64,000 bases of DNA from a virus, in the IMG/VR virus record IMGVR_UViG_3300021467_000093, positions 4,409 through 68,408 of that record. One strand, given 5' to 3'. A model generated the notes under the pieces. The model made no database searches. It was not told the origin of the DNA and saw nothing but the letters and a program-made list of their open reading frames with translations. The translations under genes and the position numbers were made by a program. Shown here piece by piece: positions 48,399 through 57,417 of this stretch. Position 1 is the stretch's first letter. Each line of letters begins with the position of its first letter.

Positions 48399-49633
48399 TG
48401 GCACAAAAATTTACATATAATTATGTAAAAACTTATATAGAAGCGAATGGCTATAAATTACTAAGTACCGCATATATTAATACCCACACTAAATTATTAA
48501 TACAGTGTGAAAAGGAGCATATTTATAAACAATGTTTTAACGTCTTTAAAAAAGGACATAGATGTCCAATATGTGCTAGAAATTCTAGATATAATTATAA
48601 TGAGGTAAAGAAGTATTTTAAAAAATATAACCACATTATTATATCTGGCAAATACACTAATATACATAGCAAGTTATTAGTCAAGTGCACATGTGGGAAT
48701 ATTTATGTAACTACGTTTAATAAATTTAAAAATAGAAAAAACAAATGCCCTGCATGTAATGATTATTTTGTAACTACTAAAAAAGTTAGACAACATCTTA
48801 AACAATATGGACATATCTTACTTTCTGTCTATAAAGGTGCTAAACATAAACTAAAAATTAGATGTACTAACGGCCATATTTATTATAAAACATGGAACAG
48901 TATAAAAGCTGGGCAATTATGCCCTATTTGCAATAGGCAAAAGAAATTATCTATAAATTATATAAAAAATCAAATGTTAAGAGAGGGTTATTGTTTAATA
49001 ACTAGAGATTATATTAATAATAGAAGTATGTTGGAAGTTAAATGTCCTAATGGACATATTTATACTACATGTTGGAATTATTGGCAACAAGGAAATCGAT
49101 GTCCTATATGTGCAGGAAATACAAAATATTCTCAAGAAGAATTAATCGCATATTTTAAACATTATGGTTATACATTGCTAAGTCCTTATAAAAATAATAA
49201 AACTAAATTAACGTTGTTATGTCCTAATAACCATAAATTTAAGATGACATTAAACAATTTTATGTGCGGACAACGTTGTCCGATTTGTATGAGATGGAGG
49301 TCTAAGTATGAGTTAGAATTAGAAAGTATTTTAAAGTCGTGGGGAATTGATTTTAGATCTAACGATAAAAGTATATTAAAAAATCCATACACTGGTAGGC
49401 CGTTAGAGTTAGATTTTTACATACCGACGCTTAAAAAAGCTATTGAGTTTAACGGTAAATATTGGCATAATTTAGCCAAAATACAAAAAAGAGATATTAT
49501 AAAAATGGAAGTCTGTGTTAGTAATAATGTAGAACTATTTGTTATTAATGAGGATGAGTGGCTCAGCAACAAAGTTAAAATTATTAAACAATTAAAACAA
49601 TTTCTAAATGTAAACTCTTCAATAAACAATTAA
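48398..49633 (+). CDS. Zinc-ribbon-repeat Vsr/DUF559-like homing endonuclease
   Basis: Five repeats plus ELDFYIP..KKAIEFNGKYWH. Confidence 0.82.
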   Translation: MAQKFTYNYVKTYIEANGYKLLSTAYINTHTKLLIQCEKEHIYKQCFNVFKKGHRCPICARNSRYNYNEVKKYFKKYNHIIISGKYTNIHSKLLVKCTCGNIYVTTFNKFKNRKNKCPACNDYFVTTKKVRQHLKQYGHILLSVYKGAKHKLKIRCTNGHIYYKTWNSIKAGQLCPICNRQKKLSINYIKNQMLREGYCLITRDYINNRSMLEVKCPNGHIYTTCWNYWQQGNRCPICAGNTKYSQEELIAYFKHYGYTLLSPYKNNKTKLTLLCPNNHKFKMTLNNFMCGQRCPICMRWRSKYELELESILKSWGIDFRSNDKSILKNPYTGRPLELDFYIPTLKKAIEFNGKYWHNLAKIQKRDIIKMEVCVSNNVELFVINEDEWLSNKVKIIKQLKQFLNVNSSINN

Positions 49634-49656
49634 TTTATTCGTTATAGGAGTAATAG

Positions 49657-51171
49657 ATGGAGCAAAATGAGTTACGTAGACTAATAAAAATAGAAAATCG
49701 TATAAATCAAATAGTAACTGAAGAATTAAAGCTTAATTGTTACCCAATTGAATTTGATGTGATCCCTGCTCAAAAAATGTTGGAAGTGATGGCCTATAAC
49801 ATCCCAACAAATATAAGTAATTGGAAATACGGGAGAGAATATGAAAGAGAAAAGACTATTTATGAACATAGTGGGAGATCCCTCCCATATGAGGTTGTGA
49901 TTAACTCAAATCCAGCAAAAGCATATCTAATGAAGGAAAATAGATTTGCAGTGCAAGCCCTAGTTATTGCTCATGTTTATGGTCATGTTGCTTTTTTTAC
50001 TAATAATAAGTATTTTCAAAATTCTAGACAAGATATTATAGGTATTATGTATGAAGCGTCTAAGCGTTTCAATGAGTATGAACGTCGGTATGGAATAGAT
50101 GAGGTAGAAAAAACTATAGATGCTGGACATGCCTTACAAAGGCATTCTAGTCCATTTGAATTAGGAGAAACTGAAGACGAAAAAAGAAGAAGGATCTTTG
50201 AACAGAGGAAAAAGCAGTTATATACACATGGTGGAGAATTTTCCGATCTTACTAATTTTGAAGTTGATAAAATAAATGAAGATATTGAATTATACAATCA
50301 AAAATTGTGGCGTAAATTAAAATTAAAAAGCCCGGTCGAGCCTACTGAAGATATATTGAGATATTTAATAGATAATTCAAGAGTTCTAGAAGATTGGCAG
50401 AAAGATATTTTAGAAGTATTGCGTATGGAAGGTCAGTATTACTGGCCAATTATTAAGACTAAAATAATGAATGAGGGGTTTGCTGTTTTTATCCATGAAA
50501 AAGTTATTAATCAATTATATAATGAGGGTTTAATAACAGATTCTGAACATGCTGAGTTCAATTATGCAAATTCACTAGTAAAAGCTGAAAATCCATTTAG
50601 CATTAATCCATATTTAATAGGTTCTAAAATTTGGGAAGACATAGAGGATAGGTGGAATAAAGGACGTTATGGCAGAGAATGGGAAAATTGTGTAGATTCA
50701 AGAAAAAAAGCGGTTTGGGATACTAAAGAAATGAATGGGTGGCAGAAATGTAAAGAAGTTATGACCACTTATATCGATTGGTTTTTTATTCAAGAATTTT
50801 TAACCGCAGAATTAATTCAAAATCTAAACTTGTATTTATTTAGTGCTAAAGAAACAGCACAGTCGATTGATTATGTAATTACTAAACGAGACGCAGAAGA
50901 AATTAAACAAAAAATTGTACAGTTTTTATCTATCAATAGAATTCCTACAATACTAGTTGAAGATGGTAATTTTAATAATAAAGGAGATTTAAAATTAAAA
51001 CATAAATACGATGGATTACCATTAGATGTAACTAATGCTGAAGAAACTTTAAAGCATATTGAATATTTATGGGGTTCTAGAGTCGTATTATATACGTATG
51101 ATGATGAGGACCTACTTGTGTTAGTTTCAAGTGCTAATAAAGACGAAGAAGACGAGTCAGATGATGAATAA
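49657..51171 (+). CDS. spoVR: SpoVR/YcgB family protein
   Basis: PYEVVINSNP, VIAHVYGHVAFF, EDWQKDIL, TKIMNEG, NPYLIG. Confidence 0.93.
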   Translation: MEQNELRRLIKIENRINQIVTEELKLNCYPIEFDVIPAQKMLEVMAYNIPTNISNWKYGREYEREKTIYEHSGRSLPYEVVINSNPAKAYLMKENRFAVQALVIAHVYGHVAFFTNNKYFQNSRQDIIGIMYEASKRFNEYERRYGIDEVEKTIDAGHALQRHSSPFELGETEDEKRRRIFEQRKKQLYTHGGEFSDLTNFEVDKINEDIELYNQKLWRKLKLKSPVEPTEDILRYLIDNSRVLEDWQKDILEVLRMEGQYYWPIIKTKIMNEGFAVFIHEKVINQLYNEGLITDSEHAEFNYANSLVKAENPFSINPYLIGSKIWEDIEDRWNKGRYGREWENCVDSRKKAVWDTKEMNGWQKCKEVMTTYIDWFFIQEFLTAELIQNLNLYLFSAKETAQSIDYVITKRDAEEIKQKIVQFLSINRIPTILVEDGNFNNKGDLKLKHKYDGLPLDVTNAEETLKHIEYLWGSRVVLYTYDDEDLLVLVSSANKDEEDESDDE

Positions 51172-51173
51172 AT

Positions 51174-51540
51174 GGGGGCGAGTTAGATTCGACGTGGTAG
51201 CCGAATCTTAGCTGCGATGCGTAGTGGCAACCTACGTTAAAAAGTTGTATAAAATAATAGATGGAAACTCCATCATAGACTACGCCAACCATATGCTGGA
51301 AGGCGTTCAACTTTACGCAACAGTTTAATGTTGTGTTCGGCTTTCCGTAGTTAGCTAGGAACAGAAAACTACGGCTGTAATAAACTTCCCTTATGGTTTA
51401 TTACAGTACTAAGTAAGGGCTTTTATAACCATTTTTGCTTATTTTGGGTTATAAAAGTAAATTAAAATAAGCAAATCATCGTACATCAGCGAAGAGGAGG
51501 TTATCGCGGACCTGGGAGGCAGAGCCCAGCGCCTCCACCA
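51174..51540 (+). ncRNA. ssrA: tmRNA; inferred tag ORF 51263-51328, (A)GNSIIDYANHMLEGVQLYATV
   Basis: 5' GGGGGCG...GATTCGAC and 3' CGCCTCC-ACCA acceptor stem with G3:U70; 367 nt; ATAGAT-GGA-AAC resume context. Confidence 0.92.
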
Positions 51541-51569
51541 TTTTTTGTAAGGAAAAGGAGAGGCTTAGT

Positions 51570-51887
51570 ATGTGGTTAATTTATCAAATACTGGCGGTTA
51601 TAGGTATAGTTTTAATACACACTTTTAATAGATGGGCTGGCACGTGTAATTTACCTTTCACGTATGTATGGCCAATAAATATAGTAGGGCAGGGTTGTAT
51701 TGCCCCATTATTTATTTATTCATACAAACTAGCGCCTTCATTTTTACAACCATGGTTTGTAGGTACTATTTTAATAAATGCTTTAGGTTTTTGTTCGAGC
51801 ATGTTATTTTTCAAAGAATCTATATATGCACACCATATTATAGCTATTATATTAGCAATAATAGCCTCAGTATTACTTGTTAAATAG
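51570..51887 (+). CDS. Small multi-TM membrane protein (DMT/SMR-like)
   Basis: About 4 hydrophobic segments, FFKE..YAHHIIAIIL. Confidence 0.6.
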   Translation: MWLIYQILAVIGIVLIHTFNRWAGTCNLPFTYVWPINIVGQGCIAPLFIYSYKLAPSFLQPWFVGTILINALGFCSSMLFFKESIYAHHIIAIILAIIASVLLVK

Positions 51888-51898
51888 GAGATTAAGCT

Positions 51899-52159
51899 AT
51901 GGAGAAAAAATGTAATATTCCAAAAACTAGTTGCACTGCTAGAAAAAATGGTTATTGTTTGTTAGGTATAGAATGCATGAAAATAATTGATAAATGTGAG
52001 GGCTGTGCTAAAATTGAGAATGGATATTGTAAATTATATATAAATCCGGCTATAAAGTGGAAATTGGGCATTTGTCCTGGAGCTACTCATGTCAAACGTG
52101 AAACTACGGAGGAACGTAAAAGGCGAATAGGCCAACAAAAACAGAAAAGAAAAAAATAG
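51899..52159 (+). CDS. PxxKW-family cysteine-rich protein
   Basis: CEGC...CKLYINPAIKWKLGICPGATH with a basic tail. Confidence 0.75.
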   Translation: MEKKCNIPKTSCTARKNGYCLLGIECMKIIDKCEGCAKIENGYCKLYINPAIKWKLGICPGATHVKRETTEERKRRIGQQKQKRKK

Positions 52160-52162
52160 ATC

Positions 52163-52191
52163 TTAACAAAAGTGAGAATTTGTGTTATAAT
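52163..52191 (+). promoter_or_regulatory. sigma70-type promoter
   Basis: TTAACA-N17-TATAAT, extended TG. Confidence 0.8.
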
Positions 52192-52229
52192 ATAGTAAAG
52201 AATTTGGACATTAGGAAAGGAGACGGACT

Positions 52230-53201
52230 ATGCATGAAGAAGTGTTAAAAAAATTAAAGGAGCCTTTTAATTTTAAGGCTAGAAAAGGGCAGGGCGGAAA
52301 AACTTTTTATTATGTTCCGTCAGATGACGTAGTTGAACGTATGAATGAAGTATTTAAAGGTAATTGGAGTACAGAAGTTTTATCAATAAAAGAAAAAGAA
52401 GGTTATGTATTAGCCCATGTTAGAGTTAGTGCGTTAGATCAAGAAACAGGTATAATGTTTAAACATGAAGGATTTGCAGGGCAATATATAGCTCGTTATA
52501 CAGAAGGGCCGCGTAGAGGTCAAGTAGTTGATATAGGTAATTCTTATAAAGCGGCTATTTCAAAAGCTATTAAAGTTGCGTGTTCAAGGTGGGGCGTAGG
52601 TCTTCGTTTAGATCCAGATTTAATCGATTCTGAACAGCCTCCTGTTGATGGTATCCCACAATCTGTGCAACAATCATTAGGCCAGCAGAGCCCTGTACAA
52701 ACAGTGCCTAATGATATTCCACAAGAATCTACGCAACCTGCAACCACAAATGTAGTAACACAAACACCGGATATACCGTTTTTTGATAATAGTCCTGTAG
52801 TTGATAAACCAGCGCCTGAGCAACAGACGCCAAGTCAAGTTGATCTACCTTCGGTTAATTTAGATCCTACTACTCCAGTAGTAGATCAGACCGTATCGAC
52901 ACCTTCTGAACCTCAGCCAAAAACAAGTCCTGCTACAGCTAATGCTGCTTCGCAAGCTGCTAATGTGCTGCCCGATATACCAGAGAATGTGACAGACTCG
53001 TTGGAAATACCTCAAGATGTGGGGCCACAAAAGCTTACTTCAGTGCAGGAAACTGCTATTTCTATATTGATGGAGCAATATAATTTATCATATGATGAGT
53101 TAGCTAAAAAAGCTTTAGGAAGGGACACATTTCCACCTCTTAGTGAGCTAGAATATAAAGATGCTGTGAAGATTTTACAATACGGTAATAACTTGAAATA
53201 G
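52230..53201 (+). CDS. Rad52/Sak-like single-strand annealing protein with a Pro/Gln/Thr-rich linker
   Basis: FYYVPSDDVVERMNEVF..NWS, YKAAISKAIKVACSRWGVGL. Confidence 0.78.
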   Translation: MHEEVLKKLKEPFNFKARKGQGGKTFYYVPSDDVVERMNEVFKGNWSTEVLSIKEKEGYVLAHVRVSALDQETGIMFKHEGFAGQYIARYTEGPRRGQVVDIGNSYKAAISKAIKVACSRWGVGLRLDPDLIDSEQPPVDGIPQSVQQSLGQQSPVQTVPNDIPQESTQPATTNVVTQTPDIPFFDNSPVVDKPAPEQQTPSQVDLPSVNLDPTTPVVDQTVSTPSEPQPKTSPATANAASQAANVLPDIPENVTDSLEIPQDVGPQKLTSVQETAISILMEQYNLSYDELAKKALGRDTFPPLSELEYKDAVKILQYGNNLK

Positions 53202-53212
53202 GAGATTAAAGA

Positions 53213-56200
53213 ATGGCTAATTATAAAATTGTTGAGGTAGAATTAAAATCAGTGAAAGATAAGGTTTTAATATACAAAATTCCTAAAGCTGATATTAATG
53301 ATAAACTTACATATTTTACACGAGAACGAGGATTAATAGCAAAAAGTCTATACGAGGACTTTTTAATAGCTACGTGTATAGCTAATATACAAGAATTTTT
53401 AGATAAATTGAAAAAGAAAGGTATAACATCAGAAAAACTATTAAAAATACGTACTGAATTAGTAGATAAAATACTAAAAGTAAATCCGATGATGAGTGCG
53501 GATAATTTAGTGATTAATAAAAATAATGTAGTTAAAATTAAAGATGATGAAGAAATAGACGAATGTATTCTTTTAATTGATAATGAGTATTGGGACAGAG
53601 ATGTTTATACTAAAAGCAATAATAAGAAACGTTTAAATAAAGATAAAATAGGCAATATACAAGATTTACCGCATGTTAAAGTTCAAAAGTTTTGGAAACG
53701 TATAGGACAATATATAACTATAAAACAATTTGATCCTGGTAGTGAATTAACAATTCTTGGTAATAGGAATTTTACAAGTAGACATTCCTTTGAACAGTAT
53801 ATAGTTACAGTTTGTATACATGAAGTTGAAGATTTATTTATTAGATTAGATATGCTGGGACTACCAAATCGAGTAGCTCCTCCTATACTTATTCATGAAT
53901 TATATGAGATTTGTAAAAAAGTGAACCCATTTTTAGATTATGATTTGTACAAAGACTCATTTTCAACTGGCGATGAAAGTGTAGATCCATTTGCAAATAT
54001 GGAAGAGGCCTACGCTAATCCTGAGGAATTGCTTGATAGGACATTGCGGCCACATTCTAAACATGTAAAAACTTTCAGAGACATTGAATCAAAAGAATTA
54101 CTAAAACTAGATAAAAAAATAAAAAAGAAAGTAATAGGACAAAATAACGCCGTTGATGATTTAGTTGAGGCTATACAACGCGCTAGTGTCGGTTTGAAAG
54201 ACCCAGACAAACCTATAGGGGCTTTCTTATTTACTGGCAGAACAGGTATAGGTAAAAGCTATTGCGCTAAAGTTTTGGCAGAAGAGTTAATAGGTAATAA
54301 AAGAGCTATTGTAGTTATAGACTGCTCAGAATATGCTGCCGATCATGAATATGCTAAATTAATAGGTTGTTTTGTTCCCGGTACTAAAGTTTTAATGGAT
54401 GATGGGTCATTAAAAAATATTGAAAATGTTAAAGTTGGCGATAGAGTTATAAGTCATACTGGACAAGTACGCGAAGTAAAAAATACTTTTGAATATGAGC
54501 AGAATGGTGAAATGTTACAGATTTCTGTGGCTAATTCTAATGTGCCTATTATTACTACAAAAGGCCATGAAATATTAGCTATTAGGCATAAATCATGTAC
54601 AAAAGGCGAATCTCGTGAGTATAGAGTATGTAAACCAACATGTAGTCAAAAGTATTGCGTAGAACCGCCTTATAAGGATTATAAGCTAGAATGGATACCG
54701 GCAGAAGAATTGCGTATTAATGATATTGTTGTTTATCCTAGATATAAAACAGCGGGGGAATATCCATCTAGAATTGATTTAGTTGATTATTTAAAAGAGA
54801 CAAAAAATTATAAATATGACGATGATTATGTATGGGCGCAGAAACATGTTAAAGTACCACGTTATGTTTTAATCAATGAAGATTTTATGCGGTTAGCAGG
54901 TTACTATGTAAGTGAAGGTGGAGCTAGTTCTAGCGGTGGTACTGTAAATTTCACTTTTAATGTAAAAGAAATTAATTATGTTATAGAGGTAATCAAGTTA
55001 ATTAGAAAGATATTTGGTCAAGATGTTAGAATACGTATAGAAGATCGTAGTGAAAACAATAGTTATAGAATATATATTTCATCTAGAATTATATCTATAT
55101 TGATGTCAGATTTATTTGGGGAGAATACATATAAAAAACAAGTTCCCAATTGGTTTATAAATTTACCAAATGATCATTTAATTAATTTTTTAGAAACAGC
55201 TATATTTGGTGATGGATGTACTACAATTCCAAGACGTGTTGATTATAGTACAGTCTCTCTTACACTGTTTTCACAAATGCAGTTAATGTTTAGGAAATTA
55301 GGGTATATTACATATGCATCATTGGAGAAAAAATCTAATCCTAAACATAGCGATCGTTATAGATTATACATTGGCGGTAATCAAATCGATAGATTATTAG
55401 ACGAATTTGCTGGTTTAAATATTGATTTGAAAGATTTAGGTATAACAAATATACAACGTAAAGCATGGATAGATGATAATTATATTTATCTGCAGATTAA
55501 AAACATAAAATCTGTTAATTATAAAGGAAAAGTATACGATTTACAAGTAGACACAGATACTTCATATGTTGTTGGTGGTATAGGCGGTATTACAGTTCAT
55601 AATAGCCCTGCTGGATACGTGGGCCATGAACAGGGCGGCTATTTAACAAACGCAGTAAGAAAAAATCCATTTTCAATAGTGTTGTTTGACGAAGTTGAAA
55701 AAGCTAGTGATAGAGTTCATCAATTAATGTTACAAATAATGGATGAAGGTAGGTTAACTGATGGTAAAGGAAAGCCCACATCATTTAAGGATGTTGTTGT
55801 AATAATGACTTCTAATTTAGGTGTAGAAGAAGCTAAAAATGTAGAAAAGACAATCGGATTTGGAGATGTTAATAAGCTTACATCTGATAAACAAAAACAA
55901 GCCATTGATGAAGCATTAAAGAAAAAATTTAAACCAGAATTTTTAAACAGGATTACACGAGTTATTAATTTTAATGACTTGACAAAAAAAGATTATTTGA
56001 AAATTATTAAACTTGAATTAGAAAAACTTAAAACTAATTTAAAACTTAATAGAACAATCTATTCTAAATTAAAAATAGAATTTGATAAATCTGTTTATAA
56101 TTATATTTATGAAAAAGGTATTGATGAAGAATATGGGGCCAGACCATTACTGAGAGCTATTGAAAAGGAAATTTCAACGCCATTAGCTAAAAAATTATTG

Positions 56201-56335
56201 AGAGAGCATGATAGAGATTGGTCTAGAACATTGGCAAAAATAAGCATTAAGAGTAATGAACTAAATATAGAATTACATGATATTGAAAAAGAACACGATT
56301 CACCACCATTCTATATGGAGGCTACTTCTGAATGA
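53213..56335 (+). CDS. ClpA/C-like AAA+ ATPase (NBD2 only, unrecognised N-domain) containing an intein
   Basis: VIGQ, GLKDPDKPIGAFLFTGRTGIGKS, GYVG, LFDEVEKA, IGF loop, FKPEFLNR, YGARPL. Confidence 0.9.
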   Translation: MANYKIVEVELKSVKDKVLIYKIPKADINDKLTYFTRERGLIAKSLYEDFLIATCIANIQEFLDKLKKKGITSEKLLKIRTELVDKILKVNPMMSADNLVINKNNVVKIKDDEEIDECILLIDNEYWDRDVYTKSNNKKRLNKDKIGNIQDLPHVKVQKFWKRIGQYITIKQFDPGSELTILGNRNFTSRHSFEQYIVTVCIHEVEDLFIRLDMLGLPNRVAPPILIHELYEICKKVNPFLDYDLYKDSFSTGDESVDPFANMEEAYANPEELLDRTLRPHSKHVKTFRDIESKELLKLDKKIKKKVIGQNNAVDDLVEAIQRASVGLKDPDKPIGAFLFTGRTGIGKSYCAKVLAEELIGNKRAIVVIDCSEYAADHEYAKLIGCFVPGTKVLMDDGSLKNIENVKVGDRVISHTGQVREVKNTFEYEQNGEMLQISVANSNVPIITTKGHEILAIRHKSCTKGESREYRVCKPTCSQKYCVEPPYKDYKLEWIPAEELRINDIVVYPRYKTAGEYPSRIDLVDYLKETKNYKYDDDYVWAQKHVKVPRYVLINEDFMRLAGYYVSEGGASSSGGTVNFTFNVKEINYVIEVIKLIRKIFGQDVRIRIEDRSENNSYRIYISSRIISILMSDLFGENTYKKQVPNWFINLPNDHLINFLETAIFGDGCTTIPRRVDYSTVSLTLFSQMQLMFRKLGYITYASLEKKSNPKHSDRYRLYIGGNQIDRLLDEFAGLNIDLKDLGITNIQRKAWIDDNYIYLQIKNIKSVNYKGKVYDLQVDTDTSYVVGGIGGITVHNSPAGYVGHEQGGYLTNAVRKNPFSIVLFDEVEKASDRVHQLMLQIMDEGRLTDGKGKPTSFKDVVVIMTSNLGVEEAKNVEKTIGFGDVNKLTSDKQKQAIDEALKKKFKPEFLNRITRVINFNDLTKKDYLKIIKLELEKLKTNLKLNRTIYSKLKIEFDKSVYNYIYEKGIDEEYGARPLLRAIEKEISTPLAKKLLREHDRDWSRTLAKISIKSNELNIELHDIEKEHDSPPFYMEATSE
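54368..55603 (+). mobile_element. Intein with LAGLIDADG endonuclease (412 aa) in the Clp ATPase
   Basis: KLIG|CFVPGTKV...TKGH...AGYYVSEG...IFGDG...VYDL...VHN|SPAGYVG. Confidence 0.93.
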
Positions 56336-56703
56336 CAAATAAATTAAGCCAACCAATCTATACTGAAAAAGAGTGGGGTTCTGAAATTATTTGGGCTATA
56401 ACTGATAGTTACATTTGTAAAACAATAGAAATTAGCCCATTAAAAGTAACTGACCTGATTGTATATGAAAATAAGTATAAATCTATTATAGTTGTAAATG
56501 GCCAACTTAGTTTAGCTATGGGAAAGTGTTGTGATGAATCAGATTTAGAATATTATGATTGCCCTGAAGGCTGGTCAATTTATATAGAGCCTGGGGTAAT
56601 GCATAGATATGGAGCTACAAATAATAAAGTGCGTATTATTGAAGTATCAAGCTCCGGCATAGAAGAAGGTATAATAATTCCTGAACAGTTTATCGGAGTG
56701 TAA
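56332..56703 (+). CDS. Cupin-domain protein
   Basis: EKEWGSE...IEPGVMHRY...IIEVS. Confidence 0.7.
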   Translation: MTNKLSQPIYTEKEWGSEIIWAITDSYICKTIEISPLKVTDLIVYENKYKSIIVVNGQLSLAMGKCCDESDLEYYDCPEGWSIYIEPGVMHRYGATNNKVRIIEVSSSGIEEGIIIPEQFIGV

Positions 56704-56705
56704 CT

Positions 56706-57173
56706 ATGTTAGAAGCAGATGATGTTCAATTCATATTAGTATCGTTGTTAGAGCAATATGGTGTAGATTTTGAACGTGAAGATATTGAAGATAGCGCTAT
56801 TTTCAAAATACAAAAGTTTGGGACAAAAGTAGTTTATTTAAATGGACAGCCTTTTAAGAAAACGATTTTGACTGGCTGGCTTGTTGCCTGGGTTCACCCT
56901 GATTATACAATTGATAAAGCTAGGGAAGTTATTATTTATACATTAATGGAAGGCGGCTATTTTCATTATTTACGGTTTAATTTTCCTGGGGTATATAAAC
57001 GCATAATTTCAATGGAAGGTTGGGATAGAGATATATTGGAGGAAAGGTTAAGACGCTATAGAGAATTGCCTAAATATAATTATTTTAGAGAATTGGATAG
57101 AGACGCTTTAACAGAATCATCTACTTATATTTTAGCTATTGATCCCGGTTTTTATGATTTTATGCCATCGTAG
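56706..57173 (+). CDS. Hypothetical protein
   Basis: 155 aa ORF within the operon. Confidence 0.65.
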   Translation: MLEADDVQFILVSLLEQYGVDFEREDIEDSAIFKIQKFGTKVVYLNGQPFKKTILTGWLVAWVHPDYTIDKAREVIIYTLMEGGYFHYLRFNFPGVYKRIISMEGWDRDILEERLRRYRELPKYNYFRELDRDALTESSTYILAIDPGFYDFMPS

Positions 57174-57186
57174 TGAGGGGTTAATT

Positions 57187-57408
57187 ATGTCACATCTTAA
57201 TTTAGTATTATTTATATATTTATCTGGAGTATTGGTTAGTTTTGGTCTTTTAGTTACATTAGATTCATATGGTTTGTTAACAGAAAATAACAATACGGAA
57301 GTTACTTTAGGAGTAAAAATTTTAGCATCATTGTTTAGTTGGTTGCCTGTTATTTCATTTGTAATAGGCATTATAATTGGATTTATACATTATTTACGAA
57401 ATCGTTAG
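57187..57408 (+). CDS. Small 2-TM membrane protein
   Basis: Two hydrophobic segments; SD gagggg. Confidence 0.6.
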   Translation: MSHLNLVLFIYLSGVLVSFGLLVTLDSYGLLTENNNTEVTLGVKILASLFSWLPVISFVIGIIIGFIHYLRNR

Positions 57409-57417
57409 GAGATCCTT

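Noticed and set aside
51500-51540. Stand-alone tRNA ending in CCA
   Set aside because: It pairs with 51174-51180 as the tRNA-like domain of the tmRNA; there is no anticodon arm.
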